From Anaerolineae bacterium (lineage in GTDB: Bacteria; Desulfobacterota; Desulfobacteria; Desulfobacterales; ETH-SRB1): 64,000 nucleotides of DNA. Positions within the stretch are counted from its first letter, which is position 1; each line of letters opens with the position of its first letter. Position numbers and translations under genes: made by a program. The stretch covers positions 67,825-131,824 of the forward strand of contig DATKWZ010000030.1 in NCBI GenBank assembly GCA_035529315.1, written 5' to 3'. Shown here piece after piece: positions 17,965-27,806 of this stretch. Under the pieces are notes generated by a model that made no database searches, was not told the origin of the DNA, and worked only from the letters and a program-made list of their open reading frames with translations.

Positions 17965-20900
17965 ATGACCTACTTGAACGAAGATACATTGGTCCAGCAA
18001 ACAACCGTCGATTACTTAAAAGATAAACTCGGTTGGGATTCGGTGTATGCCTATAATCAGGAAACTTTTGGACAGGATGGTCTTTTGGGGAGAAAATCCG
18101 ATCGTGAAGTGGTACTCATACGATATCTCAGGCACGCTCTTAAAGAACTCAATCCAGGACTTCCCGAAACCGCATACGACGAGGCAGTACGACAAGTTGT
18201 AAATTATTCCCAGAGCCAGTCAATGCTCTCTTCCAACTATGATAAATACAAACTGTTCAAAGATGGTGTGCTGGTTTCTTTTCAGGGAGAACATGGCGAG
18301 ATAAAAAAGGAACGGCTCAAGATTTTTGATTTTAATGAAGCGATAAGAAATCACTTTTTGACGGTCCGGGAATTGTGGGTACAGGGTGATTTATATCGAC
18401 GTCGGATTGACATCGTCGGGTTTGTAAACGGCATCCCGTTGTTGTTCGTTGAATGCAAAAACATACATAAAGACCTTAAAAACGCTTACGCAAAAAACTT
18501 TGCCGATTACAAAGACACTATCCCGCATTTTTTTCATCATAATGCTATTATTATGCTGGCAAACGGCGAAAAAGCAAAAATCGGCACTATTACTGCCGGT
18601 TATGAGCATTTTCATGAGTGGAAGCGCTTGTCCGAATCCGACCCGGGCGTGGTGGATATGGAAACACTTTTAAAAGGTGTTTGCGATAAAAAGAATTTCA
18701 TGGATATTTTTGAAAACTTCATCATCTATGACGATTCCACCGGCAGGCAGATAAAAGTTCTGGCGAAAAACCATCAGTATCTTGGCGTGAATCAGGTTAT
18801 CAAAGCCCTTCATGATCCCGGAAGAGTCAAAGGAAAACTCGGCGTTTTCTGGCATACGCAAGGCGCCGGGAAAAGTTATTCGATGGTGTTTTTTACCGCC
18901 AAAGTGCACCGTAAAATCGGCGGTAATTATACATTTTTAATCTGCACAGATCGCGAGGACCTGGATACCCAAATATATAAAACCTTTGCCGGATGTGGTG
19001 TGGCTGATAATGATAAAAATCCTTGCCGCCCCGGTAGTGGTAAACACTTGGCCGAACTGATGACGCAGCACAAAGCCTATCTGTTTACAACAATACAAAA
19101 ATTCAATCAGGATGTAGATCCGGGTGAGGGATATACCAAACGCGATGACATTATTGTAATTACTGACGAAGCGCATCGCACTCAATACGGCGCGTTGGCC
19201 TTGAATATGCGCAATGCTCTGCCGAATGCCAACTTTATCGGATTTACGGGAACACCGCTATTTAAAGACGATCAAATCACCATGCAGGTCTTTGGTGATT
19301 ATGTTTCCACTTACGATTTTCAGCGTGCCGTGGAAGATAAATCTACGGTCCCGCTCTATTATGACTCGCGTGGCGACACCTTGGGTGTAGCCACGAACGA
19401 TATTAATGAGCGCATCGCCGAAAAACTGGAACAGATTGAAATTAATGATATTGATGTAAGTCAGAGGCTGCAAAAAGAACTCAAGCGTGATTACCATATC
19501 ATTACGGCGAAAAAGAGGCTCAATCAAATCGCCAGGGATTTTGTCTATCACTACACCACTTCCTGGGAAGCAGGCAAGGCGATGTTTATATGCATCGATA
19601 AATTAACCTGTGTGCGGATGTATGAATTGATAAGGCAATACTGGGATCAGAAAGAAGAGGAAATAGAAGAATCCTGGAAAATGGCCGCAGGGGAAGAAAA
19701 GGATTATCTTTCCAATCAGCTCATCTGGATGAAAGAGACAAAGATGGCGGTGATTGTGAGTGAAGAGCAAGGCGAGGTCGACAAGTTCAAAAAATGGGGT
19801 TTTGATATCATATCTCATCGGCGGCTTATTAAAAATGGCTTTGAACTTTCCGATGGAAAACGAATTGATGTGGATTCCGCTTTTAAGAAAGAAGAACATC
19901 CATTTAGAATCGCGATAGTCTGCGCTATGTGGTTAACCGGGTTTGATGTGCCGAGTCTGGCAAACCTTTATTTGGACAAACCGCTCAAAGCCCATACGCT
20001 GATGCAGGCGATTGCCCGTGCCAACAGGGTAAACGGCGATAAAAATAACGGCCTTATTATTGATTATTGCGGTATCCTCAAAAATTTACGCAAAGCTCTC
20101 GCTACTTTCACCGGTACAGGCGATACCGGCAGACCCGGTGGATTGGGGCCGGATGAACTGGATCCAACCAGAACTAAAGAAGAATTACTCGAAGGATTAA
20201 AACAAGCGATTGGCCTGGTAAGCGATTTTCTTAATGAGCGAAAAGCGCCTCTTGATGCAATCATCAACGCGAGCGGTTTTGAGAGAAACAAGGCGATTGT
20301 CGCGGCTAAAGAAGCGGTGAACGAAAATGATGAAACCAGAAAGAAGTTTGAGGTAATGTGCCGCGAAGTGTTTATTAAATTTAAAGCGTGCCTGACAATT
20401 CCTGGTGTAAATACTTATCGCAACCAATACAGCGCAATAAATATCATCTACAAAAGCCTGCAAAAAGACCGAGATAAAGCGGATATCAGCGATATCATTA
20501 AACAGCTTCATGAAGTTATCGATGAGTCGATAACCGTTACACCCGACAGAGGCAAAGAACCCAACAAGGCTTATGATATCAGCAAAGTTGACTTTAACCG
20601 GTTGCGGGCGGAATTTGAACACGCTAAAACAAAAAACACCACTGTTCAAAGCCTGAAAAGCGTGATTGAGAAAAAACTGGCACGGCTCATCCAAAGAAAT
20701 CCGCTCCGGACAGATTTTCAGGAACATTATGAAAAGATAATCAATGAGTACAATAAAGAAAAAGACCGCCAGAATATTGAGGCCACCTTTGAGGCATTGT
20801 TGAAATTTGTGCAAGAGTTGGACGAGGAAGAAAGCCGAGCAGTGCGAGAGGGATTGAATGAGGAGACGCTGGCTATATATGACCTTTTGATAAAAACAGA

Positions 20901-21183
20901 TTTGAAATCTCAGGAAATCCAAAAGATAAAGAAGGTAGCCAAAGAACTGCTAAAAACACTGAAAGCAAAATTGAAGTATCTGTATAGGTGGCAAGACAAG
21001 GAGCCTACAAGAGATGATGTGAAAGTATTAATACGAAATTTCTTATGGGATGAAGCTGGCGGTTTGCCTGTGGCGTTTTATACTCAAAACGATGTATATA
21101 AAAAGGCCGAAGATGTTTATTATCATGTCTATCGGGCATATCCGACTGTCCCATCGCCATATTATGCAAGCGCGGGTAATTGA
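17965..21183 (+). CDS. hsdR: type I restriction enzyme, endonuclease/helicase subunit
   Basis: 1072 aa with helicase motif I WHTQGAGKS, the DEAH box VITDEAHRTQYG and motif VI QAIARANR. Confidence 0.9.
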   Translation: MTYLNEDTLVQQTTVDYLKDKLGWDSVYAYNQETFGQDGLLGRKSDREVVLIRYLRHALKELNPGLPETAYDEAVRQVVNYSQSQSMLSSNYDKYKLFKDGVLVSFQGEHGEIKKERLKIFDFNEAIRNHFLTVRELWVQGDLYRRRIDIVGFVNGIPLLFVECKNIHKDLKNAYAKNFADYKDTIPHFFHHNAIIMLANGEKAKIGTITAGYEHFHEWKRLSESDPGVVDMETLLKGVCDKKNFMDIFENFIIYDDSTGRQIKVLAKNHQYLGVNQVIKALHDPGRVKGKLGVFWHTQGAGKSYSMVFFTAKVHRKIGGNYTFLICTDREDLDTQIYKTFAGCGVADNDKNPCRPGSGKHLAELMTQHKAYLFTTIQKFNQDVDPGEGYTKRDDIIVITDEAHRTQYGALALNMRNALPNANFIGFTGTPLFKDDQITMQVFGDYVSTYDFQRAVEDKSTVPLYYDSRGDTLGVATNDINERIAEKLEQIEINDIDVSQRLQKELKRDYHIITAKKRLNQIARDFVYHYTTSWEAGKAMFICIDKLTCVRMYELIRQYWDQKEEEIEESWKMAAGEEKDYLSNQLIWMKETKMAVIVSEEQGEVDKFKKWGFDIISHRRLIKNGFELSDGKRIDVDSAFKKEEHPFRIAIVCAMWLTGFDVPSLANLYLDKPLKAHTLMQAIARANRVNGDKNNGLIIDYCGILKNLRKALATFTGTGDTGRPGGLGPDELDPTRTKEELLEGLKQAIGLVSDFLNERKAPLDAIINASGFERNKAIVAAKEAVNENDETRKKFEVMCREVFIKFKACLTIPGVNTYRNQYSAINIIYKSLQKDRDKADISDIIKQLHEVIDESITVTPDRGKEPNKAYDISKVDFNRLRAEFEHAKTKNTTVQSLKSVIEKKLARLIQRNPLRTDFQEHYEKIINEYNKEKDRQNIEATFEALLKFVQELDEEESRAVREGLNEETLAIYDLLIKTDLKSQEIQKIKKVAKELLKTLKAKLKYLYRWQDKEPTRDDVKVLIRNFLWDEAGGLPVAFYTQNDVYKKAEDVYYHVYRAYPTVPSPYYASAGN

Positions 21184-21246
21184 TTTGGAAATTATGAAAT
21201 TAGGGGCATTTATGGGACGCTCCTTCATATGTTGACATAGGGAGAT

Positions 21247-21264
21247 GGGGTCTGCCTTTGACCC
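21247..21264. repeat. solo end of MITE family 2
   Basis: GGGGTCTGCCTTTGACCC resembles the family-2 terminal repeat with a 4-nt deletion. Confidence 0.4.
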
Positions 21265-21362
21265 TTGTTGTTTAATTAATCAAGATCCAAGAGGGTATGT
21301 TAAAAAACAGGTGGGCTGAAGCGAAAAGCCTCGCATTGCGGAGCGAGCGTTTAGGGAGATTA

Positions 21363-22499
21363 TTATACATACGCATCCTGCCACAGGTTTGTAATAAAAT
21401 CTTTCCAGGGAACGATACATATATCTCCATCTTTTTGGGGGGTATCTTCAAGAGTGACCAATATATAATTTTCTAAAAGTTCTTCTTCCTTTATCGCAGT
21501 CAATCCTTTGAAGTCTTTTTTTGTGATATTTGCCTTACCTTTTACCTCAATCGCTGTTTTTCCGTTAACAACAAAGTCAACCTCAAAACCTGAGGTTGCC
21601 CTCCAGTAAGACAGATCACACCCCCGCTTGTAATCACAGTAGGTTTTTATCTCATGATGGATATAAGCTTCAAATGCCTCCCCAAATTCCGGAGATCTCA
21701 TCTTCAGACCCCTACGACCTTGCAGAAATCTGGCGACTCCTATATCGAAAAAGTAGAATTTAGAGGTGGAAACCGGTTTTCGTTTGACGGATTTCCGCCA
21801 TGCAGGCAGATCATCGCCAAGCATCGTGTCGCGTAGAATCTGAAAATATTCCTGCACCGTTGATCTTGGAACCTGTGCATCGCTTGCTATGTTCGTATAA
21901 TTAATAATTTTACCGTTACACAGCCCGGCCACGGTGAGAAATCTGCTGAATGCAGGCACATTCCGAACGATGGCTTCCGCTGCAATCTCTTCCCTTAAAT
22001 AATTTCCCGCATATGCCTCCAGATCTTCAAATGGTGCAGTGGAAAAATAGATAGAAGGGATCAAGCCTGTATCCAGGGCTTTCAGTAATTGGAAATTCCC
22101 CTTTAACTCATTGAGAATAAAGGGGCGCAGGTGCCTGGTTCTGGCGCGCCCTCCCAGCAGATTCACACCCTTATTTCTCAACTTCCTGGCGCTGGACCCT
22201 GTAAGAAGGAAATGAATCCCTTTTTCTTCAATCAGGTTATGTACTTCATCAAGCAGAATCGGCAGCTTCTGAATCTCATCGATGATAACAATCTTGTCAT
22301 CGTCCGTTATTTCCTGGCGAAGTCTTTGGGGCGCTCTGCTTAATTTCAGATAAACATCCGTTTGAAGCAGATTGTAATACCTGTATTCATTTAACGTATG
22401 TTGAATTAAGGATGTCTTTCCTGTTTGACGCGGTCCGAATAAAAAGTAAGATTTTTCTTGTAGAATCCCTAATAAATCCAATTGCCTTTTAACATACAT
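21363..22499 (-). CDS. AAA-type ATPase (DUF4143-like)
   Basis: Walker A GPRQTGKTS and Walker B VIIDEIQ are present. The start is moved to ATG 22499 (MYVKRQLD..), with GGAGG 7 nt upstream. Confidence 0.75.
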   Translation of the reverse strand: MYVKRQLDLLGILQEKSYFLFGPRQTGKTSLIQHTLNEYRYYNLLQTDVYLKLSRAPQRLRQEITDDDKIVIIDEIQKLPILLDEVHNLIEEKGIHFLLTGSSARKLRNKGVNLLGGRARTRHLRPFILNELKGNFQLLKALDTGLIPSIYFSTAPFEDLEAYAGNYLREEIAAEAIVRNVPAFSRFLTVAGLCNGKIINYTNIASDAQVPRSTVQEYFQILRDTMLGDDLPAWRKSVKRKPVSTSKFYFFDIGVARFLQGRRGLKMRSPEFGEAFEAYIHHEIKTYCDYKRGCDLSYWRATSGFEVDFVVNGKTAIEVKGKANITKKDFKGLTAIKEEELLENYILVTLEDTPQKDGDICIVPWKDFITNLWQDAYV

Positions 22500-22622
22500 C
22501 ACTCGCCTCCACAATATTGCCATGAATACCGTCATATATCATGATAATTGCCAGCTTACATGTCAAATATCACGCAGTCAAGACCTTTCTTGTGTATCCT
22601 GGCGCTTCGTTGGACTATGGGA

Positions 22623-22649
22623 CATTCCTCAGTTTATAAGTTTGTATCG
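22623..22649. repeat. partial third copy of the distal end of module A
   Basis: CATTCCTCAGTTTATAAGTTTGTATCG matches AATGCTTCTCAGTTTATGAGTTTGTATCG (60751-60780) and the reverse complement of 11333-11364. Confidence 0.5.
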
Positions 22650-22771
22650 TCAAGAAATGAACATTGATTTTCTTTTGCAATTTTCTTCCTAATCTTTACA
22701 CAAACTCCGAAAGAAACAGGTGGGGTGATACCTGCGTGGCCCGCACGGAAGGGAAGCGAACTATTTTTATG

Positions 22772-23113
22772 TTAAATATTGTGTAAAATTATTATGCCTG
22801 TAAAAAGTAAGATTGGAGTGCCCACTAATGCTATGTACTGCACATTCTTTTTAAATATACTTGTCATTAACTGAGCTAAGCAGAAACCAATAATAAGTAC
22901 TATAAATGGGCTCCACCACTGAAACAGGTAAGCAGAAGCAAGTGCTGAACCTGGTAAAGAAATCAAGCCGGCAATTTTTATCAGAGAGGTATTTTTTTCA
23001 TACCATTTGCTGATATGCCAGTTTTTAAGTTCAGCATAATGATTATAGGAAAGCACGACCCATGAAAAACCGGCGAGCAGAGTAAAAATGCTGATTACAG
23101 TATAAGGATTCAT
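22772..23113 (-). CDS. hypothetical membrane protein
   Basis: 113 aa with about four hydrophobic segments. No family was recognised. Confidence 0.4.
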   Translation of the reverse strand: MNPYTVISIFTLLAGFSWVVLSYNHYAELKNWHISKWYEKNTSLIKIAGLISLPGSALASAYLFQWWSPFIVLIIGFCLAQLMTSIFKKNVQYIALVGTPILLFTGIIILHNI

Positions 23114-23158
23114 ATTATGCGACTCCTTTCTTTATTAAGAAATTTGAACCCGGGTTGA

Positions 23159-23845
23159 CTATATCCCTGATCGCCTGAAGTAATCTACCAGCATGCCGGG
23201 GTTATTGCTTCCAATACCATCAACACCAATATCGGCAAAAGGCTTAACAAGATCTGGAGTATCTATGTTCCATATAAAAACTTTCAAACCGTTTTTATGA
23301 GATAATTCAACTAATTCCGCGTCAACAAAATCATATTTCATAACCAGCGCATCAGCCGATGTCTGATCCGCAATACTTGTGTCAACAGGACATCCAACCA
23401 TGAGAACGCCTGTTTTAATATTGCTGTCTATTTCCTTAACGTTTTTTACAAGTCTGTGCCAGAATGAAATAACATAAACATTGTCTTCAAAACCGTTCTT
23501 TTTTATCTGTTCAACAACTATTCTTTCCGTACCTTTCTCCTTGAGCTCAATTACAAGCTTAACCTTTTTATCAGTTAATTCCATAACCTCCTGAAGAGTT
23601 GGAACAGACTCACCCTTTCCGGCATCATATTTTTTTAGTTCAGATAAGGTATAATTATTAACCGGTCCGGTTCCGCTGGTCGTCCGGTCAAGAGTTGAAT
23701 CATGTATTACAATTATTTCTTTGTCCTTGCTCAGATGCACGTCAATTTCCACAGCATCTACACCAATGTCCATTGCCTTTTTAATAGATAACAGAGTATT
23801 CTCCGGTTCAATAGCCGCAGCCCCGCGATGTCCCATTATCATCAT
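23159..23845 (-). CDS. glycerophosphodiester phosphodiesterase family protein
   Basis: 228 aa with the GDPD motifs MGHRGAAAIEPENT and EIDVHLSKD. No signal peptide is present. Confidence 0.8.
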   Translation of the reverse strand: MMIMGHRGAAAIEPENTLLSIKKAMDIGVDAVEIDVHLSKDKEIIVIHDSTLDRTTSGTGPVNNYTLSELKKYDAGKGESVPTLQEVMELTDKKVKLVIELKEKGTERIVVEQIKKNGFEDNVYVISFWHRLVKNVKEIDSNIKTGVLMVGCPVDTSIADQTSADALVMKYDFVDAELVELSHKNGLKVFIWNIDTPDLVKPFADIGVDGIGSNNPGMLVDYFRRSGI

Positions 23846-24044
23846 ATTATTTATTCTCCATTAAACTTTTTAATTAAGATACAATTACTCGTTTTTATAA
23901 TTTTACCATAAAAAACAGCATAAACGCAAATATCTCAATCCTGCCGAGAAGCATATTGGCAGTTAGGGAAACTTTCGGGCAACAGTTGGGGACGGGGGAT
24001 ATAGGGGACACGCGGTCGAACCCCGCCCGAAAGCGGGGCCGCGG

Positions 24045-25463
24045 CTAATACCTGTAAGAATCAGGTTTAAATGGCCCGTTAACCGACACTCCCAGGTAAT
24101 TGGCCTGGAACTGGTTGAGTTTTGTTAGTTTTACGCCAAGCTTGCCGAGATGAAGTCTGGCCACCTCTTCATCTAACTTTTTTGGAAGAGTATAAACCTT
24201 GCGTTCGTATTGTTTTGTCGCAAGTTCAATCTGCGCAAGGCATTGATTTGTAAAGCTGTTGCTCATTACAAAGCTTGGATGTCCTGTCGCGCATCCAAGA
24301 TTTACCAGTCTCCCTTCAGCAAGAACAATAATGGATCGTCCTGATTTAAGGGTCCACTTGTCAACCTGTGGTTTAATCCGCTCCTTTTTACAATCCGGAT
24401 TATCATCCAGATAGGTCATCTGAATTTCATTATCAAAGTGGCCGATATTGCAGACAATAGCCTCGTTTTTCATCTGCTCCATATGCTCGCCGGTAATAAC
24501 ATGATAACATCCCGTGGCTGTGACAAAGATATCCGCTATGGCTGCTGCATATTCCATGGTTACGACCTCATATCCCTCCATGGAAGCCTGAAGAGCACAT
24601 ATGGGATCGATCTCAGTAATAAGCACACGTGCGCCGTAACTGCTCATCGACTTTGCGCATCCCTTGCCGACATCTCCGTAACCGCATATTACTATGACTT
24701 TGCCGGCAAGCATAATATCTGTGGCGCGTTTGATTCCATCAGCCAGAGATTCCCGGCATCCGTAAAGGTTGTCAAATTTTGATTTTGTGACCGAGTCGTT
24801 TACATTAAAAGCCGGAAAAAGAAGTTCACCGTTTTTTGCGAGATGATAAAGCCTGTGAACGCCGGTAGTGGTTTCTTCGGAAACACCCCTGATTTTTGAT
24901 GCAATTTTTGTCCAGCGCTTAGGGTCCCGCTCATAGCTTGCCTTTAAACGCCTTATAAGATACTGCATGTCACGGCTGTCATAAGCCTTGTCTAAAAGAG
25001 CAGGGTCATTTTCTATTTTTACGCCCTCGTGAACGTATAGGGTAGCGTCTCCGCCATCATCGACGATAAGATCAGGGCCGCTGTTGTCGGGCCATGTAAG
25101 GGCCTGTTCCGTACACCACCAGAATTCCTCGAGAGTTTCGCCTTTCCATGCATATACTGCGGCAAGTCCTGCTTTGGCGATTGCAGCGGCCGCATGATCC
25201 TGTGTTGAAAAGATGTTGCACGTGGCCCAGCGAAGGTCGGCTCCAAGCTCCTTTAGTGTTTGAATAAGCATTGCGGTCTGAATGGTCATGTGGAGACTTC
25301 CCATGATCTTCATTCCTTTTAGAGGCTTTTCATGCCCGTATTTTTTCTGGACCGCCATAAGACCGGGCATTTCATTTTCTGCAAGTTTCATCTCCTTGAA
25401 TCCGAAATCCGCAAGTGAAATGTCGGCTACCTTATATGGAAGAGAGGGATCTATCTTAGACAT
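24045..25463 (-). CDS. ahcY: adenosylhomocysteinase
   Basis: 472 aa with the N-terminal [27 protein letters not shown], the NAD site CGYGDVGKG, and the C-terminal ..[10 protein letters not shown]. Confidence 0.95.
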   Translation of the reverse strand: MSKIDPSLPYKVADISLADFGFKEMKLAENEMPGLMAVQKKYGHEKPLKGMKIMGSLHMTIQTAMLIQTLKELGADLRWATCNIFSTQDHAAAAIAKAGLAAVYAWKGETLEEFWWCTEQALTWPDNSGPDLIVDDGGDATLYVHEGVKIENDPALLDKAYDSRDMQYLIRRLKASYERDPKRWTKIASKIRGVSEETTTGVHRLYHLAKNGELLFPAFNVNDSVTKSKFDNLYGCRESLADGIKRATDIMLAGKVIVICGYGDVGKGCAKSMSSYGARVLITEIDPICALQASMEGYEVVTMEYAAAIADIFVTATGCYHVITGEHMEQMKNEAIVCNIGHFDNEIQMTYLDDNPDCKKERIKPQVDKWTLKSGRSIIVLAEGRLVNLGCATGHPSFVMSNSFTNQCLAQIELATKQYERKVYTLPKKLDEEVARLHLGKLGVKLTKLNQFQANYLGVSVNGPFKPDSYRY

Positions 25464-25532
25464 TTTATCATTCTCCTTGGTATCAGGGTTGTCGGTTTAT
25501 GGTTTTTTTACTGATTGCTTTTATGTTTTGAT

Positions 25533-25566
25533 CAACCGTTAACTGTAAACTGTTAACCGTGAACGC
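25533..25566. repeat. GTTCACGGTT-type low-complexity palindromic repeat
   Basis: CAACCGTTAACTGTAAACTGTTAACCGTGAACGC lies between metK and ahcY. Confidence 0.6.
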
Positions 25567-25575
25567 TTACAGATT

Positions 25576-26745
25576 TTACAACCCTGCTTTTTCTCTGAGC
25601 ACATCAGCCATATTGGTTTTTTCCCACGTGAATTCCGGTTCAGTCCTTCCAAAATGTCCATAAGCGGAAGTTTTTCTGTATATAGGTCGCAATAGATCAA
25701 GATACTCGATTATCGCAGCAGGCCTTAAATCAAAAACCTCTCTGATTAGTTCTTTAATCCTGCATTTGGATACGACCCCTGTACCCATAAGATCTACCAT
25801 AATAGAAACCGGCTCAGCCACACCTATGGCATATGCTATCTGCACCTCACATTTCTTTGCTAAACCTGCTGCAACAATGTTCTTGGCAATATGCCTGCCC
25901 ATGTATGATGCGCTGCGATCAACCTTGGAAGGATCTTTTCCTGAAAAGCATCCGCCGCCATGGCTGCCCTGACCGCCATATGTATCAACAATGATTTTTC
26001 TGCCGGTAAGACCGCAGTCACCCATGGGACCGCCAAGTACAAACCTGCCTGTGGCGTTAATAAAATATCGGGTACCTCTGTCTGTCATTTCTTCTGGAAT
26101 AACTTTTTTTATGACTTCTTCTATGATAGCCTCTTTCAAATCTTCATATTCCACATCCGGCTTGTGCTGGGCAGCTATTACGATTGCATCAACCCTCTTT
26201 GGCATACCATTTTCATATTCTATTGTAACCTGGGACTTTCCATCAGGCCTTAGGAATCCAAGGGAACCGTTCTTTCTAACCTCTGCTAAACGGCGGCACA
26301 GCTTGTGAGCATACATTATGGGCATGGGCATTAACTCAGGAGTTTCATCGCTTGCAAAACCAAACATAAGCCCCTGATCTCCCGCACCCTGATCCTTGAA
26401 CAGGCCTTCGCCTATATTTACACCCTGAGCGATATCTGGTGATTGATGGTCTATACTGGTAATCACCGAACATGTCTGCCAGTCAAAACCCATCTGGGAG
26501 GAATGGTATCCTATTTCACGAATCGTTTCCCGAACAATCTGAGGCATATCAACATAGCACTCGGTTGTAATTTCGCCGGCGATAAAAGCAAGACCCGTTG
26601 TTACAAGAGTTTCGCATGCAACCCTGCAGTTTTTATCCTCTTTAATAATTGCGTCCAGTATTGAATCAGATATCGCGTCGGCCACCTTGTCCGGATGCCC
26701 TTCTGTGACGGATTCAGATGTAAAAAAGAATTGTTCTTTGCTCAT
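25576..26745 (-). CDS. metK: S-adenosylmethionine synthase
   Basis: 389 aa with [20 protein letters not shown] and [14 protein letters not shown]. Confidence 0.95.
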   Translation of the reverse strand: MSKEQFFFTSESVTEGHPDKVADAISDSILDAIIKEDKNCRVACETLVTTGLAFIAGEITTECYVDMPQIVRETIREIGYHSSQMGFDWQTCSVITSIDHQSPDIAQGVNIGEGLFKDQGAGDQGLMFGFASDETPELMPMPIMYAHKLCRRLAEVRKNGSLGFLRPDGKSQVTIEYENGMPKRVDAIVIAAQHKPDVEYEDLKEAIIEEVIKKVIPEEMTDRGTRYFINATGRFVLGGPMGDCGLTGRKIIVDTYGGQGSHGGGCFSGKDPSKVDRSASYMGRHIAKNIVAAGLAKKCEVQIAYAIGVAEPVSIMVDLMGTGVVSKCRIKELIREVFDLRPAAIIEYLDLLRPIYRKTSAYGHFGRTEPEFTWEKTNMADVLREKAGL

Positions 26746-26780
26746 AAGTTTCTCCTTTTTTGTGCTTTGTGGCTGAACTG

Positions 26781-27659
26781 TTACTCTGGATTAAGCATCA
26801 TGTTGTCGATCAGGCGGGTTTTCCCTACATTTACCGCAAGAGCCATCAATGCCGGCCTGTCGATTGTTTCCATATCAACAAGGGTTTCAGGATCGCAGAT
26901 GGCGATATAATCTATAACTGTTTCCGGGTGTGATTTGATCAAAGTATATGCCGCATCAATTATCTTTTTCGCATCCTTAACTCCGCTTTCAACAAGTTGT
27001 TTAGAATGCTTTAATGATTTGTAAAGTGAGAGCGCATTAATCCTCTGCTCAGGAGTAAGATAAGTGTTTCTTGAGCTCATTGCAAGACCGTCAGGCTCCC
27101 TTACTGTCGGAAATCCGACAATTTTTATATCAAAATTAAGATCTCTCACCATCCGGCGTATGACTGCAAGCTGCTGATAATCTTTCCGGCCGAATATGGC
27201 AATATGCGGTCTTACAATGTTAAACAGCTTTGTAACAACTGTCGCAACCCCTTGAAAAAATATCGGTCTGGAGATTCCGCAAAGGTGTTTCGGAAGGTTG
27301 TCCAGCTCTACATGTGTTTGAAACCCATCCTGATACAGATCATTTTTGTCTGGATAAAAAATTACATCTACGCCCTCTTTTTGCAATAGCTTAAGATCGT
27401 TATCAAAATCTCTTGGGTATGATTCAAAATCTTCTTCAGGAGAAAACTGGGAGGGATTTACAAAAATGCTGACAACTAAATTATCTCCTAGTTTGCGTCC
27501 CTCCTTTATCAGGGACAGGTGTCCTTCATGCAAAAACCCCATGGTCGGCACAAAGGCAACAGTTTTGCCCAGATTCCGCATATGATCGGAATATTCCTGC
27601 ATCTCTGTTGTCCTGACAATAACCTTGATATCATGCATTTTAAATTCATTTTGAAGCAA
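26781..27659 (-). CDS. panC: pantoate--beta-alanine ligase
   Basis: 292 aa with [13 protein letters not shown]. The start is ATG 27659 or 27638. Confidence 0.85.
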   Translation of the reverse strand: MLQNEFKMHDIKVIVRTTEMQEYSDHMRNLGKTVAFVPTMGFLHEGHLSLIKEGRKLGDNLVVSIFVNPSQFSPEEDFESYPRDFDNDLKLLQKEGVDVIFYPDKNDLYQDGFQTHVELDNLPKHLCGISRPIFFQGVATVVTKLFNIVRPHIAIFGRKDYQQLAVIRRMVRDLNFDIKIVGFPTVREPDGLAMSSRNTYLTPEQRINALSLYKSLKHSKQLVESGVKDAKKIIDAAYTLIKSHPETVIDYIAICDPETLVDMETIDRPALMALAVNVGKTRLIDNMMLNPE

Positions 27660-27726
27660 TTATTAAAAAATAATACTATAAACGGATGGAATAAATGTCA
27701 ACTCAACTTTGACGCTTTTGCAAAAT

Positions 27727-27749
27727 GACTTTTTACGAAATCGTCAAAG
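27727..27749. repeat. solo right end of MITE family 1
   Basis: GACTTTTTACGAAATCGTCAAAG. Confidence 0.5.
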
Positions 27750-27806
27750 TATGATAGAGTATTAAAAAAATCAGGCCTTATATGCAAACATGAAAGACGT
27801 TGAAAA

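Noticed and set aside
21300-21360. GC-rich patches at 21304-21357, 22712-22762 and 23960-24044 as additional attC sites
   Set aside because: They contain GTTTAGG/GTTAGGG-like strings, but the two halves are not complementary. No R''/L''-L'/R' pairing could be drawn by hand.
25464-25575. An SAH or SAM riboswitch upstream of ahcY or metK
   Set aside because: The ahcY leader is AT-rich with only the CGGTT-type repeat. metK has just 35 nt of upstream spacer. No GC-rich conserved core was seen.
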